Shown here in pieces: positions 29,873-42,934 of a DNA stretch of 64,000 bases (position 1 is the stretch's first letter; each line of letters begins with the position of its first letter). The stretch covers positions 256,001-320,000 of the forward strand of contig CAVVTZ010000009.1 in assembly GCA_963751275.1 (NCBI GenBank), read 5' to 3'. This DNA comes from an uncultured Gemmatimonadaceae bacterium. Lineage in GTDB: Bacteria; Gemmatimonadota; Gemmatimonadetes; Gemmatimonadales; Gemmatimonadaceae. The translations under genes and the position numbers were made by a program. The notes under the pieces are model-generated. The model was not told where the DNA came from. It ran no database searches and worked only from the letters and a program-made list of their open reading frames with translations.

Positions 29873-30625
29873 TTAGACCTTGTGATAGAGGATCCGTGCC
29901 GCCTCACGACGGTCCTCGGCTTGATACACCTCGAAATCCCCAAAAAACCCCGGCGCGATTCCCTGGAGCACGCGCAGCACCGCGATCGCACATCTCCGAA
30001 TCTCCTGCTCCGCCCCCTCACCAGATCGCAGCTCAAGCATAGTTCTCCAAGCCCGAGCATTCCCCGTCACCACGATCTTCGTCTCCGTCGCATTCGGCAA
30101 CACCGCCCTCGCCGCCTCCCGCGCCATCTTCCGCCGATGGACCTTGTCCGCGATCCATCCATACCGCTCCATCAACGCCTCGACCATCTCGATATACGCC
30201 GCCAGCGCCGACTCCATCTGCGCCTTCCACGCCGCCTCGAGCGCCGCATCCCCGATCACCGCCGGCGGGATCACGAAATTCGCGTCCGTCTCGTCCACGT
30301 AGCGCTGGGAGAGCTGTGAGTACGCGAACCCCGCCCAATGCCGCACGAGCTCGTGGGTCAAAGATCTACTCACGCCTTCGAGCAGCAAGGAGTAGTTGGC
30401 ATGCTCGAGCACCGACCCATGCCCCTGTTTCTTGATGTTCTCGAGATAATCTCGCGTCGTCCGGTTCGCCGGATTCTTCTGACTCATATAACACAACCGC
30501 CCCGCGAACTCCGCGAGGCGTTCACCGTCAGTACTCTCCCCCATCCAATGGACCGGCAGATGCGCCGGTTCTGAGAACGCCGGTTGCGACAGTACGCTGA
30601 TCACCGGCTCAGCAAAGTATTTCAT
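29873..30625 (-). CDS. thyX: FAD-dependent thymidylate synthase
   Basis: EFAGRLCYMS, GHGSVLEH, THELVRHW..SQLSQRY, EAARAVLPNA, GNARAWR. Confidence 0.93.
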   Translation of the reverse strand: MKYFAEPVISVLSQPAFSEPAHLPVHWMGESTDGERLAEFAGRLCYMSQKNPANRTTRDYLENIKKQGHGSVLEHANYSLLLEGVSRSLTHELVRHWAGFAYSQLSQRYVDETDANFVIPPAVIGDAALEAAWKAQMESALAAYIEMVEALMERYGWIADKVHRRKMAREAARAVLPNATETKIVVTGNARAWRTMLELRSGEGAEQEIRRCAIAVLRVLQGIAPGFFGDFEVYQAEDRREAARILYHKV

Positions 30626-30708
30626 GTCGTTGGATCGCCCTTCGCAGTTGGGGTAGAGCAGTCTAAAGTCTAAGTCAACGTCTAAGTCTGTAGCATTGCC
30701 GTCCGAAG

Positions 30709-32336
30709 TTAAGCAGTCTCCCCCAACGCCGACAGTCGCGACCTGCTCCACGCTCTCTCCCTCTCGATGGCATCAAGCGCGCTTCGAGCCGCCGCCGGCA
30801 GCGGCGACAGCGCCGGATCGTACTTCACCTCCCCCACCGCCACTTGTCCCGCCACCGGCACCTTCACCCCCGGATTCAATATCCCACTTGGATCGAACGC
30901 GTCCTTCACCGCCTTGAACAACGCGCGCGACTCATGATGCCACGTCCGGTCCATGAGCGGCGTGCGCAGCCGCCCGTCGCCGTGCTCGCCGCTCAAGGTC
31001 CCGCCCAACCTCTGCACCAGCTCGGTCACTTCCTCGAGCACCGCGTCGAGCGTCGCGCGCCAATCGCTCGCGCTCACGTCGATCAAGGGATTCACATGCA
31101 CATGCGCATCCCCCGCGTGCCCGAAGATCACGCCCTTCACGCCATGATCCTCCAGCACCTTCCGCACCCCGCGCACGTAGGCCACGAGCTGGTCGGGCGG
31201 CACCGCCGCGTCCTCGATGAACTGCATGCTCTTGAGACGCGGATCGAGCCGCGCGAGGATCGGGACTCGCGGCATGCCGCAGCTTCCACAGCGAGCCCTC
31301 GCTGCCCGGGTCCAGCGCGACGCGGATATTCATCGCCCCCGCTCCGCCGAACAGTCCCTCGAGTTGCCGCGCCGCCGCGATCGCCGAGGTCGCATCGCCG
31401 GCCTCTACTTCCACCAACAGCACCGCGTCGGTGCCATTGGTGATCCCGATATCGTCCCCCTCGCTCGTCGCCACCGCCAGGAACGTCGCGGTCGATCAGC
31501 TCGCACGCGCTCGCGCCGTTCGACCGCGCCCGCGCCGCCGCGTCCACCGCCTGCATGATGCTCGCGAACTCCGCCAACAACGTGCACGTCGCCGCCGGAA
31601 CGGGAACGAGCGACACCTCGACCCCCACGAACATCGCGAGCGTCCCCTCGCTGCCCACCAGGAGATCGATCAACTCGCCGCTGCGCGCATAGTCGGCCAG
31701 CGCGTAGCCCGAACTCTCCTTGCGCACGCCGGGATGCTGCCGGAACCGCCCGGGCGCCGCGAGGATGGCCGGATGCGCCGACGCCTGGAATCGCATGAGC
31801 GCGGGAATGTCCGGCGGCAACGGTGAGCCGCGCCGGATCACGGCGCGCGAGCCATCGTCGAACACGCAATCGAGCGCGGTGACCCACGCGCGCATCGCGC
31901 CGTAGCGCACCGTGTGCGCGCCGGCCGCGTTCGTCGCCGCCATGCCGCCAATGGTGCAGAACGCGCCGCTGGACGGATCCACCGGAAAGCGCAGCCCGTG
32001 CGCGCGCGCCTTCTCGTTCACCTCCGAGCGCGTCGCCCCCGGACCCGCCCACACGCGGCGCCATGTCTCGTCCACGCGCTGCACGCCGCCCAGCCGCGAG
32101 AGATCGACGATCACGCCATCGCCCACCGCGCCGCCCGCCATCCCGCTGCCGCTGCCACGCGGGATGAGCGGCATCGCGTTGGCACTCGCCCACTTCGCGA
32201 GCGCGCACACGTCGTCGGCGTCGGCCGGTACCGCCACCGCCCGGGGGATGATGCGCGCGATCCCGGCGCCCTCGGAATACACGGCGCGCGCCAATTCGTC
32301 TTCGCGAAAGATCCCGCGGAATCCCGTCGGTTGCAC
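30709..32336 (-). CDS. FAD-binding oxidoreductase (GlcD/Dld-like); frameshifts near 31490 and 31265
   Basis: PRGSGSGMAG, PVDPSS..CTIGGM, GSEGTL, FGHAGD..H, GEHGDG, FDP.GILNPG. Confidence 0.88.
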
Positions 32337-32400
32337 GAAAGGGAGAATGCCGACAAGTCGCGTCGTTGACAAGCATCTCACGCGCCGCCCATCATCCACC

Positions 32401-33211
32401 ATGGCCATTGACGCACCGCGCCCGCACGGTCAGCTGATCAAGATCGAGACCGACCGCCGGCTCGGCCACGAGTGGGACGAATGGGACGGCTCCCCCCTGG
32501 ATAACGGGGGCGATTTCCGCTCGCCCGCGCGGCTCTATTTCGGGTTCACCGCCGTGGGGTTCGTGCTCATGGCGGGGGTGCTTGCTGGCGGGGGTCTATC
32601 TGCTGGCGCCCCGGCTTGGGGCCCTCTACGGGGGGCTGCCGAGTGCCCTCTACTATAGTATAGGCGGGGGTCTGGTCCTGGGGCTGGCCTGGCTGGGGCT
32701 GATCGCGGCCGCGGTCTATTCCGGGCGGGCGGTGCTCCCCGAGCGACTGGCCGAACGGGGGCTGCTCCTGAAGACCCTGAACCTCGCCTGGCGTACTGGC
32801 GAACTTTTCGGAGTGAAGCGCGATTGGACCGGACACGCGAGCGTCGCGGTGTACGACCGGCTCGCCCTCGCGCGCGAGCGATCGCTCTCGCCCGATGAAT
32901 TGCTCATCCTCGTGCCCCGATGCTTATCGCGGGAAGCTTTGGATGGCGTGCTCGACATCGCAAAACGCCACGGCGTATCCGCGTTCGTCGCGACGCGCGG
33001 GCAACTCGCGCGCCGAGTGATCAAGGAGCGCCGCCCGAAAGCCGTCGTCGCCGTCGCCTGCGAGCGCGACATGGTGAGCGGATTGCACGACGTCGCCGGC
33101 CGCGTGCCCGTACTCGGCCTCACGATGACCCTGCCGAACGGGCCGTGCAAAGACGCCTCCATCGACCTCGGCCGCATGGAAGAATTCGTCGCGAGATATC
33201 TCAAGAAATAG
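32401..33211 (+). CDS. DUF116-domain membrane protein; frameshift near 32580
   Basis: LVPRCL, AVVAVACERD, NGPCKD. Confidence 0.8.
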
Positions 33212-33232
33212 CGGCGTCTCGGGAAAGCACAA

Positions 33233-33441
33233 CCGCAACTGCTTGCACGCGGGTCACGCGGAAGACGCGGATTACGCGGCGCGCTCAAGGTGGCGTATGA
33301 GCTCAGCGAGCGGGCGCGAGCCAGGAATTGTTGTTAACAACGAATACAATTGCTTTCCCGCCGGGCATGGAGCGCAGCTCGCGCGTGAAACAGTCCGCGA
33401 AATCCGCGGATTCCGCGTGATCCGCGTGCAAGCAGTTGCGG
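33233..33441. repeat. Inverted-repeat element, family E copy 1
   Basis: ccgcaactgcttgcacgcgg..cgcggattacgcgg / atccgcggattccgcgtgatccgcgtgcaagcagttgcgg; central ttgttgttaacaac. Confidence 0.9.
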
Positions 33442-33454
33442 AGCTGTTGTCGTT

Positions 33455-34366
33455 CTACTTCAACTCATACTCCGGGATCACGACTTGCACTCGGCCCAAT
33501 GGAGGGCCAATGGTCGCGGGAGTGGTCGAGACCGCGGCGCCGTCGAGTTGGACGTCGATGGGGACGGGGCCCAACGCGCGGGCGCTCATGGAGCGGATGG
33601 GGAATTGCTCCGCGTGCGCGAGCTTGCCGTCCGTTGCGCGGCCGAGTGCGACGCCCGCGGAGAATTGGGCGAGCGCCAGGAACGAGCGGCCGGTGAAGAG
33701 CGTCAGGTCGAGCAGCTCGTCCTCGGGATCCGCGCGCGGGGAGAGCTGCGGCTCGCCGCCGTAGCGGCGGATGTTCGACGCGATCACGTACGTGGCTTCA
33801 CGCGAGAAGGGCGCGCCATTTGCATCGATCCCCTCCACCGCGATCGCAGGATAGTCATAGCGCAGCGCTTCGGTGAGTGCGGTGACGCCAATGCCCGCGC
33901 GGCCGAAGAGCCGCTTGAGTGATGGGATGGCGTTCTTCATCACGCGCGCGTCGAGGCCGATGCCCATCCACATGAAGCAGGTGTGCTCATCCGCTCGCCA
34001 CGCGGTGATCGGCCGGGTGCGGTGCGACACGAACGTGCGCTCAGCTTGGCGCATACTCGCGCCGATGCCGTATTCGCGCGCGAGCACGTTCGCGGTGCCG
34101 CAGGGGAGCACCGCGAGCGGTACATCGCTGCCAATGAGCGCCGCGGCCGCTTCGCCCACAGTGCCGTCGCCGCCGGCGGCAACGATGAGGTCGGGGTTGG
34201 TGGAAAGGAGTCGTGCGACGATCTCCGTGGCGCTGCCGGGCGCCGTGGTCTGGTGCGGCTCGAGCTCAATGCCCGCCGAGTGCGCGCGCGTGATGATCGC
34301 CCCGAGTCGCGGCTCGAATCGCATGCCGCCCGCGACCGGGTTGTAGACCAGCAGCCCGCGTCTCAT
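33455..34366 (-). CDS. Diacylglycerol/lipid kinase family protein
   Basis: YNPVAG, AGGDGT, LPCGTANVLA. Confidence 0.92.
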   Translation of the reverse strand: MRRGLLVYNPVAGGMRFEPRLGAIITRAHSAGIELEPHQTTAPGSATEIVARLLSTNPDLIVAAGGDGTVGEAAAALIGSDVPLAVLPCGTANVLAREYGIGASMRQAERTFVSHRTRPITAWRADEHTCFMWMGIGLDARVMKNAIPSLKRLFGRAGIGVTALTEALRYDYPAIAVEGIDANGAPFSREATYVIASNIRRYGGEPQLSPRADPEDELLDLTLFTGRSFLALAQFSAGVALGRATDGKLAHAEQFPIRSMSARALGPVPIDVQLDGAAVSTTPATIGPPLGRVQVVIPEYELK

Positions 34367-35046
34367 CGGAGGCGGCTGCCGGGTACCGGGATCTCGACGG
34401 CGAGGTGCCAGCGCAAGTCGTCGTGGCGAAGCAAGAGGAAGGCCGCGGCCTCGAGATGGCCGGGTTCAACGGAGCGGCGCTCGCGGAGGCTGGCGAAGAG
34501 CAGCGCGGTGTCGCCGTCGGGGGTGATGCCGGGAAGGGACAGGGCGAGCACGCCGGGCAGGCTGTCGAGCGGCATTCCGGCGAGCATGTCGGTGACGACG
34601 CTCTCCTTCATCGGTTCAGCCTCTCCGGGCGCGAGAATGTGCCGCACGGTCGAGGTGTCCAGGAAGACCCACTGTGCTCGAGCGAAGGCGTACCCAATGT
34701 GCCCTTCGAGCCAATGGCTGGCCGCGTTGGCGGCGCGGAAGCTGGCGAGCAGACTGTCGGCGTCGGCCGGGGGGACGTAGCGGTGCACTCCGGCGATGAT
34801 GCTCGAGTCGGAAAGATACTCTGCGCCGGAAACACTCTGCATTTGCATCAGAACGACACCGCGACCGCGGAAAGCGGAGGTCGCGTAGTGCAATGGACGG
34901 TATACGGTGTCGATCGCGGCGCTGTAGAGCGCATCTTCTTGCGGCACGACGCCTGGCGGCCGCGGGTAGCCGCGGATCGGGGTGCTGGCGAGTCCGGCGG
35001 CGACGACGATGAACCATAGACCGGCCGCAGTGAGCGCGACCGGCAT
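34363..35046 (-). CDS. Hypothetical exported protein
   Basis: N-terminal hydrophobic segment; ATGA overlap with the kinase gene. Confidence 0.6.
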   Translation of the reverse strand: MPVALTAAGLWFIVVAAGLASTPIRGYPRPPGVVPQEDALYSAAIDTVYRPLHYATSAFRGRGVVLMQMQSVSGAEYLSDSSIIAGVHRYVPPADADSLLASFRAANAASHWLEGHIGYAFARAQWVFLDTSTVRHILAPGEAEPMKESVVTDMLAGMPLDSLPGVLALSLPGITPDGDTALLFASLRERRSVEPGHLEAAAFLLLRHDDLRWHLAVEIPVPGSRLR

Positions 35047-35065
35047 CAATTTGTTGCGCGACGAA

Positions 35066-35434
35066 TCAGTTCCAGCCGCCGCCGAGTATGACATGAAGGC
35101 CGGAAAGCAAGAATTCGATTATGGCGATGATCGAGATCGCGGCGGAGACCCAGCGCAACGATTCGTACACGACGGCGACTGGTCCGCCGGGTGTGGGGCG
35201 AGCGCGGACTTCCGTGAGGGCGCGGTCCACGAGCCCCCAGAGGGCGGCGCCGGTGGCGGCGACGAGCAGCATGCCGAGCATCCAGGCCTTGGGGAAGAGC
35301 ATCAGGATCGTCGTGCTGCCGATGAGCCCGATGCTGAGCCACGTCATGAGCGTCCGGATGCGCATCGCTCTCAGCCGCGCCGTGATGCTGGCGAGCGGCG
35401 ATGGCCGATGGTCGATGGCCGGTTCGTCGATCAC
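35066..35434 (-). CDS. Hypothetical membrane protein
   Basis: GTGA overlap with the ppk2 stop; 3 TM segments. Confidence 0.6.
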   Translation of the reverse strand: MIDEPAIDHRPSPLASITARLRAMRIRTLMTWLSIGLIGSTTILMLFPKAWMLGMLLVAATGAALWGLVDRALTEVRARPTPGGPVAVVYESLRWVSAAISIIAIIEFLLSGLHVILGGGWN

Positions 35435-36315
35435 CCCTGCTCCCGGATGAGCTTCCGTGCTTCCTTGAGGTCCTTCTCCTGGGCGGGGGTCACGACGGGG
35501 TAGTGGAGATCGAGCGAATCGAGCGCTTCGATGACCGCGCCGGCGACGACGAGGCGCGTGAACCATTTGTTGTCCGCCGGCACCACGTACCAGGGAGCAT
35601 GGGCGCTGGACGTGTGGCGGATCATGTCCTCATACGCCTTCATGTAGTCGTCCCAGTAGCCGCGCTCGCGGGCGTCGGCGCTGGAGAATTTCCAATTGCG
35701 TTCGGGCTCGTCGAGGCGGCTGAGGAAGCGCTTCTTCTGCTCGGCTTTGGAGACGTGGAGGAAGAACTTCCGGACGAGGATGCCGTTGCGGAAGAGATAT
35801 TTCTCGAAGTTGTTGATGTCCTCGAAGCGGTTCGTCCAGATGTCCTTCGTGACCTGGGACTTGGGGAGTTTCTGTTTCGCGAGGAAGGCCTCGTGCACGC
35901 GCACGGCGAGCACTTCTTCGTAGTAGGAGCGGTTGAAGATCCCGATGCGGCCGCGCTCGGGGAGGTTCTTGGAGGTGCGCCAGAGGAAGTCGTGATCGAG
36001 CTCTTCGCTCGACGGCGACTTGAAGGAGTAGACCTGGCAGCCCTGGGGATTCACGCCGGACATGACGTGCTTGATCGCGCCATCCTTGCCGGCGGCGTCC
36101 ATGGCCTGGAAGATGAGCAGGACAGCCCATTGGTCCTGCGCGTAGAGCTTGTCCTGCAGCTTGGTGAGCGTCTCGATGCCCTCAGCCAGCGCCTGCTTGT
36201 GCCCGGTCTTGTCGTCGAGCCGGCCGGTGCTGGCGGGGTCGATGTCGGCGAGGCGGAACTTCGCGCCGCTGGTGATGCGGAAGGGTTTGATGAAGCGCTC
36301 GATGTCGTAGGGCAT
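35431..36315 (-). CDS. ppk2: Polyphosphate kinase 2 family (class III-like)
   Basis: QAMDAAGKDG, FKSPS, DFLWR, FNRSYYEEVL, PADNKW. Confidence 0.93.
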   Translation of the reverse strand: MPYDIERFIKPFRITSGAKFRLADIDPASTGRLDDKTGHKQALAEGIETLTKLQDKLYAQDQWAVLLIFQAMDAAGKDGAIKHVMSGVNPQGCQVYSFKSPSSEELDHDFLWRTSKNLPERGRIGIFNRSYYEEVLAVRVHEAFLAKQKLPKSQVTKDIWTNRFEDINNFEKYLFRNGILVRKFFLHVSKAEQKKRFLSRLDEPERNWKFSSADARERGYWDDYMKAYEDMIRHTSSAHAPWYVVPADNKWFTRLVVAGAVIEALDSLDLHYPVVTPAQEKDLKEARKLIREQG

Positions 36316-36354
36316 GGGCGGGCTCCGGGGGGTAGTGGATGATACTTCCGAACC

Positions 36355-36657
36355 ACGTGAGGCGTGAGACGCACCCGGCGCCCCAACACCGTGAGGCGTG
36401 AGACGCACCCCCCAACACCGTGAGGCGTGCGGCGCACCCCCGACACCGTGAGGCGTGCGGCGTGCGACGGAAGTGCCTCACGCCTCACGGCGTTCGGGGT
36501 GCGTCTCACGCCTTCCAGTCCGTTCGGCGCACGCCTCACGCCTCACGGCGTTCGGGGTGCGCCTCACGCCTTCCAGTCCGTTCGGCGCACGCCTCACGCC
36601 TCACGGCGTTCGGGGTGCGCCTCACGCCTCACGGCGTTCGGGGTGCGCCTCACGCCC
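36355..36657. repeat. Tandem plus inverted heptamer-based repeat cluster, family F copy 1
   Basis: Units cgcctcacgcctcacggcgttcggggtg and reverse-complement units cgtgaggcgtg. Confidence 0.9.
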
Positions 36658-36702
36658 TTCAATCCGTTGCCGCGAGCGGTGGCCCCTCGTAGATTCCAAT
36701 CA

Positions 36703-38916
<2,214 letters not shown>

Positions 38917-38917
38917 G

Positions 38918-39715
38918 ATGCACGACCCATTGGTGATCGGCGGGAAATCGTTCGCCTCGCGCTTGATGCTCGGCACGGGCAAGTACCGCGATCTCGCGGT
39001 CATGAAGGACGCCTTCGAGGCGGCCGCGGTGGAGATCGTCACGGTGAGCATCCGCCGCGTCGAACTCGGCGCGCCCGGGCACACGGGGCTCATGGATGTG
39101 CTCGCGAAGGGGAGCTATCAATTGCTCCCCAACACCGCCGGCTGCAAGACCGCCGAGGAAGCCGTGCGCGTCGCGCGGCTCGCGCGCGCGATGAGTGGAA
39201 CCGATTGGCTGAAGCTGGAAGTGATCCCGGACGCGAAGTATCTGCTCCCCGATCCCGTGGGCACACTGCGCGCCGCGGAGATCCTCGTGGGGGAGGGGTT
39301 CACGGTGCTGCCCTATATGAATGCCGATCCCGTGCTCGCGCGTCAGCTGGCGGCGGTGGGGTGCGCGACGGTCATGCCGCTCGCGTCACCGATCGGCAGC
39401 GGGCGCGGAGTGCTCACGCGGGCGGCGATCGAGATCATCATCGAGGAGAGTAGCGTGCCGGTGGTGGTGGATGCCGGTCTTGGCGTGCCGAGTGAGGCGG
39501 CGTCGGTGATGGAGATCGGGGCGAATGCGGTATTGGTGAATACTGCGATCGCGGAGGCGGAGTCACCGGTGCAGATGGCCGCGGCGTTCAGGAAGGCGGT
39601 GGAGGCGGGGAGGGAAGCTTATCTCGCGGGACGAATGCCGATCCGCGCGCATGCGAGTCCGTCGAGTCCGACGGCGGGGGTGGTGACGCTACCGCAGCCC
39701 GAAGTGCCTGCGTGA
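38918..39715 (+). CDS. thiG: Thiazole synthase
   Basis: [38 protein letters not shown]. Confidence 0.96.
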   Translation: MHDPLVIGGKSFASRLMLGTGKYRDLAVMKDAFEAAAVEIVTVSIRRVELGAPGHTGLMDVLAKGSYQLLPNTAGCKTAEEAVRVARLARAMSGTDWLKLEVIPDAKYLLPDPVGTLRAAEILVGEGFTVLPYMNADPVLARQLAAVGCATVMPLASPIGSGRGVLTRAAIEIIIEESSVPVVVDAGLGVPSEAASVMEIGANAVLVNTAIAEAESPVQMAAAFRKAVEAGREAYLAGRMPIRAHASPSSPTAGVVTLPQPEVPA

Positions 39716-39721
39716 CCGCGG

Positions 39722-39895
39722 GCATGAAGTCAGCAGTCAACAGTGAATCAGTACACTACAGTCGTGCTACAAGTCATCAGTCGCAAGTCATCAGAAAGCC
39801 GTTCTGCGCGAGGGACCGTTTGCTGATGACTGACGACCGATGACTCGTAGGACGACTGGAGTGTACTGATTCACTGTTGACTGCTGACTTGGTGC
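39722..39895. repeat. Family D palindrome, empty version of the four-helix-bundle element
   Basis: catgaagtcagcagtcaacagtgaatcagtacact..gtcatcagaaa / ctgatgac..agtgtactgattcactgttgactgctgactt. Confidence 0.9.
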
Positions 39896-40783
39896 TTACA
39901 GCCCGAGTTCACTCGGCTTCGCCGGATCCGTCGAATAATCGTAGAACCCTTTCCCCGATTTCCGTCCGTACATCCCCGCCATCACCATCCGCTTGAGCAG
40001 CGGCGGCGGAGCATATCGCTTCTCACGATATTCATCGAACATGATCTCCGCGATCTTGTACGTCGTGTCCAAACCGACGAAATCCAGCAGCGTGAACGGC
40101 CCCATGGGATACCCCGTGCCGAGCATCATTCCCTTGTCGATATCCGCAACACTCGCCACGCCGTGCTCGAGCGCATTGATCGCGTCGATGAGATAGGGCA
40201 CGAGCAACAGATTCACCACGAAGCCGCTGTTGTCCTTCGCGGCGATCGGTTCCTTCCCCAGTGACTTCGCGAACGCGTAGGCGCGCTGGAACGTCTCCTC
40301 GCTGGTCGTGACCGTCTTCACGACCTCGACCAGCTTCATCACCGGCACGGGATTGAAGAAATGCAGCCCCACCATGCGGTCGGGGCGCGTGGTGGCGGCG
40401 GCCATCGCGGCGATCGTGAGGCTCGAGGTGTTCGACGCGAAGATCGTGTGCGGCGGGCACAGCGCATCGAGCTCCTTCCACATCGCGTTCTTGACGTCGA
40501 CATCCTCCACGACGGCCTCGATCACGACATCGCAGCCCTTGAGATCCTTCACCGCGGTGGTGAACGACAGCTTCGCCATCGCCGCGTCGCGCGCTTCGGC
40601 GGTCATCTTTCCCTTCTCGATCGCCTTGTTCATTTGCTTCTCGATGCCGGCCTTCGCGCGGGCACAGAGCGCATCCGACACTTCGCGCACCTTGGTCTCG
40701 AAGCCGCTCATGGCGGCAACTTGCGCGATGCCGGCGCCCATCAGGCCGGCGCCGAGGACTCCAACGGTCTTGATCTCAGACAT
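39896..40783 (-). CDS. hbd: 3-hydroxybutyryl-CoA dehydrogenase
   Basis: GAGLMGAGIA, ASNTSS, GLHFFNP, GFVVN, PMGPF. Confidence 0.93.
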   Translation of the reverse strand: MSEIKTVGVLGAGLMGAGIAQVAAMSGFETKVREVSDALCARAKAGIEKQMNKAIEKGKMTAEARDAAMAKLSFTTAVKDLKGCDVVIEAVVEDVDVKNAMWKELDALCPPHTIFASNTSSLTIAAMAAATTRPDRMVGLHFFNPVPVMKLVEVVKTVTTSEETFQRAYAFAKSLGKEPIAAKDNSGFVVNLLLVPYLIDAINALEHGVASVADIDKGMMLGTGYPMGPFTLLDFVGLDTTYKIAEIMFDEYREKRYAPPPLLKRMVMAGMYGRKSGKGFYDYSTDPAKPSELGL

Positions 40784-40830
40784 TCAAGTATCACGGGAAT
40801 GGGTTGAATTGCTCTCGAAAGATACTACTG

Positions 40831-40994
40831 AACGGCGAGTGTGACGACGCGGACGGCGAGTATGACACCGCTGACGGCGCCTGTGATCGTTGACGTGTGG
40901 CAACTACACGCGCCGCGGCCATTGCCACACGTCAACGATCACAGGCGCCGTCAGCGTCGTCACCCTCGCCGTCCGCGGTGTCATACTCGCCGTT
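40831..40994. repeat. Long palindromic element, family H
   Basis: aacggcgagt..cgctgacggcgcctgtgatcgttgacgtgtggcaa / ttgccacacgtcaacgatcacaggcgccgtcagcg..actcgccgtt. Confidence 0.92.
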
Positions 40995-41805
40995 ATCGCG
41001 GTTTAACCGGCGCAACGAACGATGACAGCAACGATCGCCGCGGCGGCTCATTGCGCTCGAGGCGATCCAGCGTCTGCTCGAGCGCCAATTGCGCACGCGT
41101 CAGCGTGCCGCGGTGGAGCCGCGCGATGACCAGCCCCGCGACCCCCAGCACCACCACCGAGACCGCCGCGACCAACGGCATCACGCCGAGCACGAGCGCC
41201 ATCCCGGTGCCGATCGCGCCGAGCATCGCGATCCCCACGCCGGCGCTGATGTTCCGCGCGCGCGTGCCCGCGAGCAATGCCTCGATCGTCACCACCGTCC
41301 GCTCGTCATCCACGATCACCGCGGTCGCCGCGATCTCGTCCGTGCGCGCCAGGTGATAACCGCGCCCCGCCATGTCGAACGCGCGCGTGAGATTCGCCAC
41401 GATCCCGGGCGCGCGCTCCCACATCACGCGATTCCCGTAGCGGCGCTTCACGCGCAGCCCTTCCTCCTGCTGCATGAGCGCATCGAGCGCCGCGAGCTGC
41501 GCATCCGCGCTCCCGCGTATAGTGCGCATCGCGTGCGCAATGGCCGGGCCGAAGAGATGATCCACGGTGCCGCGCGCCACCGGCGCCTCCAGCCGCGTCC
41601 GTTCCTCGGCCAGTGCCTGCCGCAGGTGCACGGGCCCGAGTCCCACTTCCTTCGCGATCTCGATCAGCTGCGCGTCGGTGAGCCCCGGATCGTCACCGCC
41701 CTCGCCCTCCGCGCTTTGCAACTCCGCGGCGCGCGCGAGCACCCGCTCGAGGGCGCCGCGGTCGAGAGGGGACTTCGACGGCAAGTTGTCCGATGGCCCG
41801 CTCAT
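40993..41805 (-). CDS. Hypothetical membrane protein
   Basis: ALERVLARAAELQ..L.EIAKEVGL N-terminus; 2 C-terminal TM helices. Confidence 0.75.
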   Translation of the reverse strand: MSGPSDNLPSKSPLDRGALERVLARAAELQSAEGEGGDDPGLTDAQLIEIAKEVGLGPVHLRQALAEERTRLEAPVARGTVDHLFGPAIAHAMRTIRGSADAQLAALDALMQQEEGLRVKRRYGNRVMWERAPGIVANLTRAFDMAGRGYHLARTDEIAATAVIVDDERTVVTIEALLAGTRARNISAGVGIAMLGAIGTGMALVLGVMPLVAAVSVVVLGVAGLVIARLHRGTLTRAQLALEQTLDRLERNEPPRRSLLSSFVAPVKPR

Positions 41806-41809
41806 GCGG

Positions 41810-42934
41810 TCAGATCCCGCCGGTGATCGCGTCGATGGAGTGGCGCATCTCGTCGAGGATCGGGTCGGGCAGGGGGAACTGCGTGCGGAAAGCGAGCGCT
41901 TCCTGCCCCGGCGTGAACGGCGCGCCGATGGCCGTGAGATAATACGCCTGATACTGCGTTACGTGGTTCGGCGAGAGCTTCGCCATCACCATCTCGCCGC
42001 CGCGCACGTTCGCGATGTTGAGGTACTGCCCTGCCAGCCCCGAACGCTTCTGGATCGGCGTCGTATTGTCGTCCACCGCGGTGGCCGCGATCGTGCCCAC
42101 CGCCTCGTGCGCGATCACGAAGATCGCCTGCATGGCGTCCGCGCGTTCCGCCGGGAAATTGACGGCGATGAGATTGTCGCGCTTGCCGCCCATGATCGAC
42201 CGGCCCTCGGCGCCGAGCGGGAGCGAGAGGATGATGTCGCCCCGCCCCTGATTCGTGCCTTCCTGGAAACTGCGCATCCGGCGCAGATACACCTTCACCC
42301 ATTCGGAATCGACCGCCGCGAGCACGGGCCGGCGGAAGAGTTCCACCTGCTTCCAATAATTCGAATAGAACTTGGCGCTCTCGTCGTTCAGCGCGTTCAT
42401 GAACATCGCCAGGAAGCGGCGGTCGCCGGCGCCCGGAAAGGACTGCGACCAGATGAAGATCATCTGGGCGGTCTCCTTATCGTGCGCCTTATGCGGGTCG
42501 CCGCCGGCGGCGAGGAAGGCCTGCACATTCTGCGACAGTTCGTCCCAGTCGTGCAGCTGGAGCACGAGGAACTGCGCGTTCGTCACCTGCGGGTGCGCGG
42601 CGACGAACTTCGCGAGCGAATCGTGATCCGTGTCGAGCAACGTGGTGATCTGCAGCTTGTTCTTCTCGACGACCATCTCGTCGCGGTACCCACGGCGGAA
42701 GAGCGGCACGCGCGACGTGTCGTCGGTGATCAACGCGAAACCGTGCAGCCAGAGATCGATCACATACCGCGTATGCACTGGCCACGGATCGTTGGACTGC
42801 GGCTGCACGTCCGCGCCTGGCTCACGCGGCGCGACCGGCGGCGGGGGCGCCGCGGTGGCGGGCTGGCTCCCGGCGCACGCACCCAGCAGCGCCATCACCG
42901 TGAGTGCGGCGATGGCGCGATGGCGCGAGTTCAC
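41810..42934 (-). CDS. Hypothetical lipoprotein
   Basis: Lipobox LGAC; 374 aa. Confidence 0.75.
   Translation of the reverse strand: MNSRHRAIAALTVMALLGACAGSQPATAAPPPPVAPREPGADVQPQSNDPWPVHTRYVIDLWLHGFALITDDTSRVPLFRRGYRDEMVVEKNKLQITTLLDTDHDSLAKFVAAHPQVTNAQFLVLQLHDWDELSQNVQAFLAAGGDPHKAHDKETAQMIFIWSQSFPGAGDRRFLAMFMNALNDESAKFYSNYWKQVELFRRPVLAAVDSEWVKVYLRRMRSFQEGTNQGRGDIILSLPLGAEGRSIMGGKRDNLIAVNFPAERADAMQAIFVIAHEAVGTIAATAVDDNTTPIQKRSGLAGQYLNIANVRGGEMVMAKLSPNHVTQYQAYYLTAIGAPFTPGQEALAFRTQFPLPDPILDEMRHSIDAITGGI

Noticed and set aside
30660..30692. gtctaa hexamer tract between the FAD oxidoreductase and thyX
   Set aside because: It is short and degenerate with no partner arm. It may be a repeat remnant but is not supportable as a feature.
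36355..36657. Family F cluster as a CRISPR array
   Set aside because: The linkers are short and repeated rather than unique, units occur in both orientations, and there are no cas genes.
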